Below are positions 50,966-58,850 of a stretch of DNA of 64,000 nucleotides, one piece after another (the first letter of the stretch is position 1; each line of letters starts with the position of its first letter). This DNA is from Pelagibacteraceae bacterium AG-422-N09. Its GTDB lineage: Bacteria > Pseudomonadota > Alphaproteobacteria > Pelagibacterales > AG-422-B15. Made by a program: the position numbers and the translations under genes. The notes under the pieces were generated by a model that worked only from the letters and a program-made list of their open reading frames with translations, had not been told where the DNA came from and ran no database searches. Location of the stretch: positions 9,071 through 73,070 of the forward strand of contig QCMV01000007.1 in NCBI GenBank assembly GCA_003213515.1. Reading direction: 5' to 3'.

Positions 50966-51568
50966 ATGAAAAAAAATATTTACTATTCGCTACTAATATC
51001 TGCAATGGTATCAGTTTCGGCGGCTGAAGAAACAAGACAAGTTGATAAACATGAGCATGGTGTTGGTGAATTAAATATTGCTATTGAGGGAAATGCCATA
51101 GATTTTGAATTTTTTATTCCTGGAGCTGATATTGTAGGTTTTGAATATGAAGCTAAAACTGAGTCTGATATTGCTCTTGTAAATGCAGCTTTAGAAAAAT
51201 TTGGAAATTTTGATAATATTTTTAGTCTTCCCGAGTCCTCAAATTGTAATTTAGTAAATTCTGAAATTGGGGTCAATCAAGACGATGACCATGATGATCA
51301 CGATGACCATGATGATCACGATGACCATGATGAGCATGATGATCACGATGAGCATGATGAGCATGATGAAGAAGCTCATAACGAGTTTGTTGCACACTAC
51401 TCATTTAATTGCGGAAATATAAAAGAAATTGACAGAATTAGCTTTCCATATTTTACTACTTTTCCAAACTCTGGAGAACTTGAGGTACAATTTGTATCAG
51501 AGATTGGTTCGACAAGTTTTGAGGTGGAGGGAGATGAGCCTTTCATAGACTTAAAAGGAAAAATCTAA
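50966..51568 (+). CDS. DUF2796 / ZrgA-like secreted His-rich metal-binding protein
   Basis: Signal peptide, HEHGVGELNIAIEGNAIDFEF...PGADIVGFEY, and a 30-aa (D/E)H tract DDDHDDHDDHDDHDDHDEHDDHDEHDEHDEE (about 51281-51373). Confidence 0.65.
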   Translation: MKKNIYYSLLISAMVSVSAAEETRQVDKHEHGVGELNIAIEGNAIDFEFFIPGADIVGFEYEAKTESDIALVNAALEKFGNFDNIFSLPESSNCNLVNSEIGVNQDDDHDDHDDHDDHDDHDEHDDHDEHDEHDEEAHNEFVAHYSFNCGNIKEIDRISFPYFTTFPNSGELEVQFVSEIGSTSFEVEGDEPFIDLKGKI

Positions 51569-52267
51569 TTGGATGAAAGTATAATTAAAATTGATTCAGT
51601 AAGATTTTATTGGTCAAAAAAAAGTAATTTCAAGATATTTGTTCCAAACCTAGAAATTAAAAAAGGTGAAAAAGTTCTCTTATTGGGAGAAAGCGGCTCA
51701 GGCAAAACCACACTCCTTTCCCTAATGTGTGGTTTTCTTAATCCATTATCTGGAAATATAAGTATTAACGGTAACACTATTAACCAACTTTCATCTAAAA
51801 CTAGGGATGAGTATCGTGCTGATAATATAGGAATTATTTTCCAACAATTTAACTTGCTGCCTTATGCGAATGTTGTTGATAATGTTTTACTACCTTTATA
51901 TTTTTCAAAAGTAAGATCAAACAACGTTTCCAACAAAAAAGAAAAGGTAATTGAACTTTTTAAACAATTGAGATTACCAGATGATATTGCACAATTTAGG
52001 GCAAGTAGTTTAAGCATGGGTCAGCAACAAAGAGTGGCAGTGGCTCGGGCACTAATTGGGAACCCATCGCTGATCATTGCTGACGAACCAACTTCCTCAC
52101 TTGATGCAGATGCGCAAAAGATTTTTTTAAATTTGATGTTTGAACAAATTTCAGAGAATAACTCTACGTTATTAATGGTTTCACATGATAAATCGCTCTC
52201 TAATCAATTTGATCGATTAATTGACATAAACGAAATACTCATAAGGGAAGATAAGTCATGTTATTAA
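51569..52267 (+). CDS. ABC transporter ATP-binding protein (MacB/LolD-like; ZrgB-like)
   Basis: GESGSGKTT, LSMGQQQR, IIADEPTSSLD motifs. TTG start directly after the upstream stop. Confidence 0.8.
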   Translation: MDESIIKIDSVRFYWSKKSNFKIFVPNLEIKKGEKVLLLGESGSGKTTLLSLMCGFLNPLSGNISINGNTINQLSSKTRDEYRADNIGIIFQQFNLLPYANVVDNVLLPLYFSKVRSNNVSNKKEKVIELFKQLRLPDDIAQFRASSLSMGQQQRVAVARALIGNPSLIIADEPTSSLDADAQKIFLNLMFEQISENNSTLLMVSHDKSLSNQFDRLIDINEILIREDKSCY

Positions 52268-53508
52268 AACTTTCGTTCAGCTCTCTTTATGCGCGCTTAG
52301 TTACTGTGGGTATGACAATTCTTGCAATTTCAGTATCCCTTATGCTTTATATGAGTGTAGAAAAGTTAAGAACTTCAGCATATACAAGTTTTACCGATAC
52401 AATCTCACAGACTGATTTAATTGTTGGCGCAAGAGCTAGTTCAGTGCAACTGTTGTTATATTCAGTTTTTAGAATTGGAAACGCTACGAATAATATAACA
52501 TGGGAGAGTTATTTAGACTTAGTGAGTAAAGAAGAAGTTGATTGGACAGTTCCAATTTCGTTGGGAGATAGCCATAAGGGATTTAGAGTAATGGGTACCA
52601 ACAAAGAATTTTTTTCTCGATATAAATATAGAGGTAGTCAGTCTGTAAGTATTGATAAAGGTTATTTATTTGAGGATCTATACGACGTCGTTTTGGGTGC
52701 TGGGGTTGCTGAAAAACTAGGATATAAAATCGGTACTTCACTTGTAGTTTCCCATGGATTACAGTCTTTTTCAGATCACGATGATCAACCTTTTAGAGTA
52801 TCAGGGATACTTAAAAAGACAGGAACACCTGTAGATAATACTGTAATCGTCAGCCTGGCTGCTATTGAAGCAATTCATGTTGATTGGTCAACTGGAGCTA
52901 AAATACCAGGACAACTAACACCTATTGATGAGATACGCGAAATGGATCTAACTCCTAAAAATATCACTGCTGCACTAGTAGGTGTTAAATCAAAATTAAC
53001 TATCTTTCAACTTCAGCGCTGGATCAATGAGTATCCTGAAGAAGCGATGACTGCAATTCTTCCTGGCGCTGCACTGCAGGAGCTATGGCGAGTAGTTGGA
53101 GTGATTGAAAACTTATTATTAGGGATATCGGTGGTTGTAATATTCACAACACTCGTTGGGATGGCAGCGATTATGTTTTCAAGTTTAAGTGAGAGAAGAC
53201 GAGAAATGGCGATCTGGAGAGCTATGGGTGCATCTCCTTTCACGGTGATTGGTTTATTAATGCTTGAAGCAATATTTATTTCAATTCTAAGTATTACATT
53301 CAGTGTAGTTTTATTATTTTGTGTGTTAAATTTATTACAACCATGGATTGATTACAATTATGGCATCTTAGTAAACATTGAAATGTTAGCTATAAAAGAT
53401 ATGTATGTTTTTGCTGTGTTTATCATTGCCTCAATAACAGTCAGTTTATTACCAGCAATAAGAGCTTACTGGTTTTCTATTAATGATGGTATGACGATTA
53501 AATTATGA
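52258..53508 (+). CDS. FtsX-family ABC permease (ZrgC-like)
   Basis: N-terminal TM, large periplasmic domain, and a C-terminal FtsX-type TM bundle. Confidence 0.75.
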   Translation: MLLKLSFSSLYARLVTVGMTILAISVSLMLYMSVEKLRTSAYTSFTDTISQTDLIVGARASSVQLLLYSVFRIGNATNNITWESYLDLVSKEEVDWTVPISLGDSHKGFRVMGTNKEFFSRYKYRGSQSVSIDKGYLFEDLYDVVLGAGVAEKLGYKIGTSLVVSHGLQSFSDHDDQPFRVSGILKKTGTPVDNTVIVSLAAIEAIHVDWSTGAKIPGQLTPIDEIREMDLTPKNITAALVGVKSKLTIFQLQRWINEYPEEAMTAILPGAALQELWRVVGVIENLLLGISVVVIFTTLVGMAAIMFSSLSERRREMAIWRAMGASPFTVIGLLMLEAIFISILSITFSVVLLFCVLNLLQPWIDYNYGILVNIEMLAIKDMYVFAVFIIASITVSLLPAIRAYWFSINDGMTIKL

Positions 53509-53969
53509 TTAAAAAATTAAAAATCTTATTAATTATTTTTATTTTTATTCCGCTTTCTGCTTACTCAGCGCCAAAAGAAATAGACTGGGATGACCTAATA
53601 CCATGGACATCCGTTTTTAGCCCCGGCGAGGTAAAGTTTAATAAAAATCTCGAAGATAAGGAAGTTAAGATCCCTGGATATGTTTTGCCATTGGATATGT
53701 ACGGCCGAGGTATTAACACCTTTTTGTTAGTTCCATACATTGGAGCATGCATCCATGTCCCTCCACCAGCGCCTAATCAAATCGTTTATGTAGAAGCGGA
53801 GAATCCTTGGGAAGGTCTAGCCTGGTGGGAACCTGTTTACGTAACTGGAAAAATTAAAATTGAAAATCAAAATATTGAAGACCTTGCAATCGTAGGCTAT
53901 GAATTAGCTGCAAACAATATCGAATATTATCGTGGTGAAACAGGGGTTCACGGATTCTTTGATTGGTAG
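53505..53969 (+). CDS. DUF3299 / ZrgD-like periplasmic protein
   Basis: Signal peptide and the CIHVPPPAPNQIVYV motif. Confidence 0.65.
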   Translation: MIKKLKILLIIFIFIPLSAYSAPKEIDWDDLIPWTSVFSPGEVKFNKNLEDKEVKIPGYVLPLDMYGRGINTFLLVPYIGACIHVPPPAPNQIVYVEAENPWEGLAWWEPVYVTGKIKIENQNIEDLAIVGYELAANNIEYYRGETGVHGFFDW

Positions 53970-53985
53970 GATTTTACGAGTCTAT

Positions 53986-54393
53986 TTACTTATCCTTAAA
54001 GTACTCAATTATATCTGATTTATAATCAAGAGGTGGGAACCTTCCAATAATATTTGATTGATAGTTCCTTGGTCTATCTCTTCTTCTGAGAAACCCATCT
54101 TTAGCTTTTGTATACGATGATACTAACTTTTTTAGAGATGAAATATATAATGGTTTTTTTGGGTCTATATCCCCAAAAACGTAAGTAAAACGCTTATCGG
54201 CAGACAGAGAGATTGCACAAGACCGCTTGCAGCAACTCATACAATTTACACCTCTGATGATAACGTCATCTTGTCTTTTGAAACTGTTCACAATTTTTTT
54301 TGCAAAACGCTCGCCTCCTCGAGAATTATATTTTTCTTCTCGTCCATCTCGACAAGTTAAACAGATCGATAAAACAGGTTTAGTGTTGCTCAT
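53986..54393 (-). CDS. DUF1636-like Cys-rich metal-binding protein
   Basis: The CLTC...CMSCCKRSC cysteine pattern is characteristic of the DUF1636 proteins found beside cobW-type GTPases. Confidence 0.6.
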   Translation of the reverse strand: MSNTKPVLSICLTCRDGREEKYNSRGGERFAKKIVNSFKRQDDVIIRGVNCMSCCKRSCAISLSADKRFTYVFGDIDPKKPLYISSLKKLVSSYTKAKDGFLRRRDRPRNYQSNIIGRFPPLDYKSDIIEYFKDK

Positions 54394-54409
54394 AAATTGC
54401 TAAATTTAA

Positions 54410-54424
54410 TGTTATAATATAACA
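54410..54424. promoter_or_regulatory. Zur box 3 (TGTTATAATATAACA) in the divergent DUF1636 / COG0523 spacer
   Basis: The 15-mer is identical to box 1. It lies in a 93-bp divergent intergenic region. Confidence 0.75.
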
Positions 54425-54486
54425 ACTTGTATAATGCTTTTTTTTTAATTACAAGGTATGTTTAAGAAAAACTAATTTTGTAAAAT

Positions 54487-55461
54487 ATGGAAAATAGTTC
54501 ATCGCAAGTACCAGTCACTGTATTAACAGGTTTTTTAGGAGCAGGTAAAACTACTTTATTAAATCGTATTTTAACTGAGCAACACGGTCGTCGTTATGCT
54601 GTAATTGTTAATGAGTTTGGTGAGCAAGGAATAGACAATGATCTCGTAGTTGATGCTGATGAAGAAGTTTTTGAAATGAACAATGGATGTATATGTTGCA
54701 CAGTTAGGGGTGATTTAATACGTATACTTGGAGGTCTGATGAAGCGTGCAGATCAGCTGGATGCAATAATTGTAGAGACAACTGGACTTGCTGACCCTGC
54801 GCCTGTTGCTCAAACATTTTTTGTCGATCAAGATGTTGCAGACCAAACTAAATTAGACGCTATTGTCACTGTCGCAGATGCTGTCCACCTTAGTTCTCAA
54901 CTAGGAGAACATCATGAGGCTGAAGAGCAAATTGCTTTTGCAGATGTAGTACTGCTCAATAAGATTGATTTAGTTGATCAAAGTCAGATTACTGGCGTTA
55001 AGGATCGCATTCGAAAAATTAATCCTTATACAAAAATAATTGAAACAAACAGATGTGCGGCTCCTCTTGATGAAGTTCTTGGTCTTAATGCTTTTAGTCT
55101 TGATCGCGTCTTAGAGGTTGAACCTGATTTTTTGGACTCTGATCATGATCATGAACATGATGACGATGTGACCAGTGTTTCTTTTGTTTCTGACACTCCG
55201 CTTGACTTAGAAAAATTTGAGAAGTGGTTTGGAAACCTATTACAGACGCATGGTCAAAATATTCTTAGATCAAAGGGCATTCTTGATTTTAAGAATGAAA
55301 AAGATCGCTACGTATTTCAAGGAGTTCATATGCTCATGGATGCATCTCCTATGGGTCCATGGCCTGAGAAAAGTATTCGAAATTCCCGGGTTGTATTTAT
55401 TGGTCGCAAATTAGAGACAATGAATTTGAAAGAGGGCTTCGAAAGTTGTAAATCAGATTAG
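54487..55461 (+). CDS. COG0523 (CobW/ZigA/YeiR-type) G3E metallochaperone GTPase
   Basis: GFLGAGKTTLLN P-loop, GCICCT metal motif, ETTGLADP, NKIDL, and His/Asp linker DSDHDHEHDDD. Confidence 0.85.
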   Translation: MENSSSQVPVTVLTGFLGAGKTTLLNRILTEQHGRRYAVIVNEFGEQGIDNDLVVDADEEVFEMNNGCICCTVRGDLIRILGGLMKRADQLDAIIVETTGLADPAPVAQTFFVDQDVADQTKLDAIVTVADAVHLSSQLGEHHEAEEQIAFADVVLLNKIDLVDQSQITGVKDRIRKINPYTKIIETNRCAAPLDEVLGLNAFSLDRVLEVEPDFLDSDHDHEHDDDVTSVSFVSDTPLDLEKFEKWFGNLLQTHGQNILRSKGILDFKNEKDRYVFQGVHMLMDASPMGPWPEKSIRNSRVVFIGRKLETMNLKEGFESCKSD

Positions 55462-55472
55462 TTCTGCTTTAG

Positions 55473-56492
55473 ATGAATAAAGAATCTGTAATAAAATCCC
55501 GCTTTGAAGAAAATGGAAAGGTCTTTGAAACAGGCGCTCCTGTTACAGGTGCAGTTTCAATAGAGAATGCTGTTGCAGTTGGATTTGGAGACGGATCAAT
55601 AAGGTTTTTTTGGCCAGATAATGATCCCATAGAAGTTCAAGCTCACTCTGGCGCAATACTAAGCATAGCTTCAAGTAATGATGGGGTCATAACAGGCGGG
55701 CAAGATGGTCGTTTTTTAAAAATATCGACAAATGCTGAGGTCGAGGAAATTTACAATTTTGGAACGCGTTGGGTAGATAATGTAGCGGCATTTGAAAGTA
55801 TGGTTTTATGTTCGTCTGGAAAAAATGTCTACATCTGGTCAGATGAAAATGATAAGCCAAAAATACTAGAGCATCAAAGTACGATAGGTGGTATCGCAAT
55901 TGATCAAAATGGAAGGAGAATTGCTGTCTCATGTTATGGAGGAGTAACTTTGTGGAGATTAGAAAAAAACAAATGGAAATCATCAAAATTTGCTTGGAAA
56001 GGTTCACACGGTAAAGTTGGGTTTAGTCCAGATGGGAAGTATCTGGTGACAACAATGCAAGAAAATGAACTTCATGCTTGGCGAATTCGAGATAAAGCAA
56101 GTTTTGCAATGTCAGGTTACCCGTCAAAAGTAAAAAGTTTTACATGGGCCGGGGACAACCCTTATCTAGTAACAGCGGGTGCAAAAGAAGCTATATGCTG
56201 GCCATTCGATGGTAAGGAGGGTCCAAAAGGACGTAAGCCCCTTTGCATTGCAAGTGGTGGTCAACAAAACGCAACTTTTGTTGAATCATTGCCAGGGGAG
56301 AAAGCAGTTTTTGCTGGATTTCGAAATGGCATGGTTCTTCTCTCAGAATTATCAGAACATCCAAATGACGTCCTCATTCAAAATCCTACAGGATCAGAAG
56401 TATCAAATATTAGTATTTCACCCGATCGATCACATATATTAGTCGGAGACTCAAAAGGCCAAATTTTATGGTCACCTCTTTGGGAGCAGTAA
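55473..56492 (+). CDS. WD40-repeat (beta-propeller) protein
   Basis: Repeated ...GG.DG....W / ...LW.. blades through 339 aa (GGQDGRFLKIS, VYIWSDE, GGVTLWRL, ELHAWRIRD, AICWPFDG). Confidence 0.65.
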   Translation: MNKESVIKSRFEENGKVFETGAPVTGAVSIENAVAVGFGDGSIRFFWPDNDPIEVQAHSGAILSIASSNDGVITGGQDGRFLKISTNAEVEEIYNFGTRWVDNVAAFESMVLCSSGKNVYIWSDENDKPKILEHQSTIGGIAIDQNGRRIAVSCYGGVTLWRLEKNKWKSSKFAWKGSHGKVGFSPDGKYLVTTMQENELHAWRIRDKASFAMSGYPSKVKSFTWAGDNPYLVTAGAKEAICWPFDGKEGPKGRKPLCIASGGQQNATFVESLPGEKAVFAGFRNGMVLLSELSEHPNDVLIQNPTGSEVSNISISPDRSHILVGDSKGQILWSPLWEQ

Positions 56493-56493
56493 A

Positions 56494-56760
56494 ATGGAGG
56501 GTATGTTTCAGAAAAAAAAATCAAATAAAAGTGCTACTCAAAATTTAAAAAATCTAATCATAGAGAAATTTAGATTAAATGAAGATACTACTGTAAGCAT
56601 TGCTGAACTAAGCTGTCATGAACCAAATTGCCCACCAAAAGAAACAATTATTACGATTCATAAAGCTAAAGGAATTACTTCTAACTTACGCATTCATAAA
56701 CCTCTAAATCAGATAAAGAGAGAAGACGTTGAGACATTAAAACGTGAAGAAAATTTTTAA
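56494..56760 (+). CDS. Hypothetical small protein with CHEPNCPP motif
   Basis: 88-aa ORF starting 1 nt after the WD40 stop. No family recognised. Confidence 0.45.
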   Translation: MEGMFQKKKSNKSATQNLKNLIIEKFRLNEDTTVSIAELSCHEPNCPPKETIITIHKAKGITSNLRIHKPLNQIKREDVETLKREENF

Positions 56761-56761
56761 T

Positions 56762-56798
56762 CTTTTCGGTGCCAGTACAACCGCACCGAAAGGATTTT
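56762..56798 (+). terminator. Candidate intrinsic terminator after the COG0523 operon
   Basis: Stem CTTTTCGGTGC / GCACCGAAAGG (56762-56772 / 56783-56793) with a 10-nt loop, followed by ATTTT. Confidence 0.4.
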
Positions 56799-56976
56799 AG
56801 CCACTAATGGAGAAAAACATCAAGCCAAGAAAACCTGTCGCGATCACAAAGCTTGATAAAAGTTTAGGGGTTCTAGAAAGTTTAAGCTTTGTGGTTGAAG
56901 GAATAATCACAAGAGTCGACTCACCGTTGTAGGATTGTCTTCTTATGTACTGAGGTTTCATCTTTGACTTTTTCAT
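56797..56976 (-). CDS. Candidate 59-aa tail-anchored small membrane protein
   Basis: ATG 56976 ... TAA 56797-56799, translating to MKKSKMKPQYIRRQSYNGESTLVIIPSTTKLKLSRTPKLLSSFVIATGFLGLMFFSISG. Basic N-terminus plus one C-terminal hydrophobic helix. Below the track's cut-off. Confidence 0.3.
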   Translation of the reverse strand: MKKSKMKPQYIRRQSYNGESTLVIIPSTTKLKLSRTPKLLSSFVIATGFLGLMFFSISG

Positions 56977-57081
56977 GTTTGATAAAAATATACCTAAAAA
57001 GCAAGGCTTAATTTTGATAAAAATATGTTCAAAACAAGATAGAAGTGTTTATTTTCAAAAATTTGCTGATATAAGAGACCG

Positions 57082-58005
57082 ATGCAAAATGTCGTCTCAG
57101 TAAAAAATTTATCTAAAACTTACAGTAATCAATTTCAGGCACTTAATAATATTAATTTAGATATCAAACAGAATGAAATATTTGCACTTCTTGGACCTAA
57201 TGGTGCAGGTAAAACAACTTTAATTAGTATTATTTGCGGAATTGTAACACCAAGTATTGGGACAGTTGAGGTTGGTAACTACGATATTATAAAAGATTAT
57301 AGAAAAACTAGGTCACAAATTGGACTCGTCCCTCAGGAGCTAACCTTAGAACAATTTGAAATTGTTTATAACAATGTATCCTACACGAGAGGCTTATACG
57401 GCAAACCTCCTAATCCTCAGCATATTGAAAAAATACTAAAAGATTTAAGTTTGTGGGATAAAAAAGACTCCAAAATTAACGAGCTTTCTGGTGGAATGAA
57501 AAGAAGAGTCTTGATTGCAAAAGCTCTTTCTCATGAACCTTCGGTCTTATTTCTTGATGAGCCAACAGCCGGGGTTGATGTCGAATTAAGAAAAGACATG
57601 TGGGAAGTCATTAAGAATTTAAGAAATAAAGGTGTTACAATAATTTTAACAACTCATTATATAGAAGAAGCAGAGGCAATTGCTGACCGGGTAGCAGTAA
57701 TTAATAAAGGTGAGATGATAATAGTTGATGAGACTTCAAATTTAATAAAAAGTTTAGGCCAGAAAACTCTAACAATTGATTTACATGAAACAGTTAAGAC
57801 ATTACCTGAATCACTTAAAAATTATAAACTTACTATAGTTAATGAAGGTTTATCAATTGATTACCAATACGATACACAAAGCAAACAAACTGGAATAACC
57901 TCTCTCTTGCAAGATATGAAAGAAGCTGGATTAAAACTAAAAGATTTAAATACAGAACAAAGTTCACTTGAAAAAATCTTTGTAGAATTGGTAAAGGAAA
58001 AATAA
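57082..58005 (+). CDS. ABC-2-type transporter ATP-binding protein
   Basis: GPNGAGKTT, LSGGMKRR, LFLDEPTAGVD motifs. Confidence 0.85.
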   Translation: MQNVVSVKNLSKTYSNQFQALNNINLDIKQNEIFALLGPNGAGKTTLISIICGIVTPSIGTVEVGNYDIIKDYRKTRSQIGLVPQELTLEQFEIVYNNVSYTRGLYGKPPNPQHIEKILKDLSLWDKKDSKINELSGGMKRRVLIAKALSHEPSVLFLDEPTAGVDVELRKDMWEVIKNLRNKGVTIILTTHYIEEAEAIADRVAVINKGEMIIVDETSNLIKSLGQKTLTIDLHETVKTLPESLKNYKLTIVNEGLSIDYQYDTQSKQTGITSLLQDMKEAGLKLKDLNTEQSSLEKIFVELVKEK

Positions 58006-58766
58006 TGAATTTCTACGCTATTAGAGCAATTTATTTTCATGAAATGGATCGAATGAGAAGAACTCTTTTTCAAAGCGTGCTTTCACCTGTACTTTCAACT
58101 TCTTTATATTTCATTGTATTCGGTTCAGTTATTGGAGGCATGATTCCTCAAATTGAAGGAGTTAGTTATGGGTCATTTATTGTACCTGGTTTATTGATGC
58201 TGACTTTGTTGACTCAAAGCATTTCAAACTCATCATTTGGAATATTCTTTCCTAAATTTACTGGATCTATTTATGAAGTTCTTGCGGCACCTGTTTCCTC
58301 TTTAGAAATTATCATTGGTTTTGTCGGCGCCAGTGCAACCAAATCACTTATTGTTGGCGTCATTATACTCATTACTGCAACTTTCTTTGTTGAACTAGAA
58401 ATTCAATATCCCTTATTAATGTTTTTTCTTCTGGTATTAACATGTCTTACATTTAGTCTTTTTGGATTTCTTATTGGACTGCTCAGTGAAAATTTTGAAC
58501 AGTTGCAAGTTGTACCACTTATCATCGTCACCCCTTTAGTTTTTTTAGGTGGTAGTCTTTACACCGTAGAAATGCTTCCAGAATTTTGGCAAAACGTAAC
58601 TTACTTTAATCCAGTTTTATATCTTGTGAATGGCATGAGATGGTCCTTTTACGGGGCATCTGATATTAATATTTGGGTCAGTGTAATCTCTCTAGTTGCT
58701 TTCCTAAGCATCTGTGTTGCTGGCGTGGCAATTGCTATCACAAAAGGCTATGGTACAAAAGAGTAA
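58005..58766 (+). CDS. ABC-2-type transporter permease
   Basis: Six-TM ABC-2 membrane protein, start overlapping the ATPase stop. Confidence 0.8.
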   Translation: MNFYAIRAIYFHEMDRMRRTLFQSVLSPVLSTSLYFIVFGSVIGGMIPQIEGVSYGSFIVPGLLMLTLLTQSISNSSFGIFFPKFTGSIYEVLAAPVSSLEIIIGFVGASATKSLIVGVIILITATFFVELEIQYPLLMFFLLVLTCLTFSLFGFLIGLLSENFEQLQVVPLIIVTPLVFLGGSLYTVEMLPEFWQNVTYFNPVLYLVNGMRWSFYGASDINIWVSVISLVAFLSICVAGVAIAITKGYGTKE

Positions 58767-58776
58767 TTTCTATTAA

Positions 58777-58850
58777 GCCCCTATCGCTTAATAGTAAAGC
58801 AGGTCATTGGTAATGATCAGCCGCTGGAGCGTAACCAGCTAGGGGCACCA
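58777..58850 (+). tRNA. tRNA-like cloverleaf, anticodon GGU (Thr), with non-canonical D and T loops; possibly a pseudo-tRNA or tRNA-like element
   Basis: Hand fold: GCCCCUA-UC-GCUU-AAUAGUA-AAGC-A-GGUCA-UUGGUAA-UGAUC-AGCC-GCUGG-AGCGUAA-CCAGC-UAGGGGC-A-CCA. All four stems pair and U8, U33, G53:C61 and an encoded CCA are present. GG18/19 and T54-Psi55 equivalents are absent. Confidence 0.5.
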
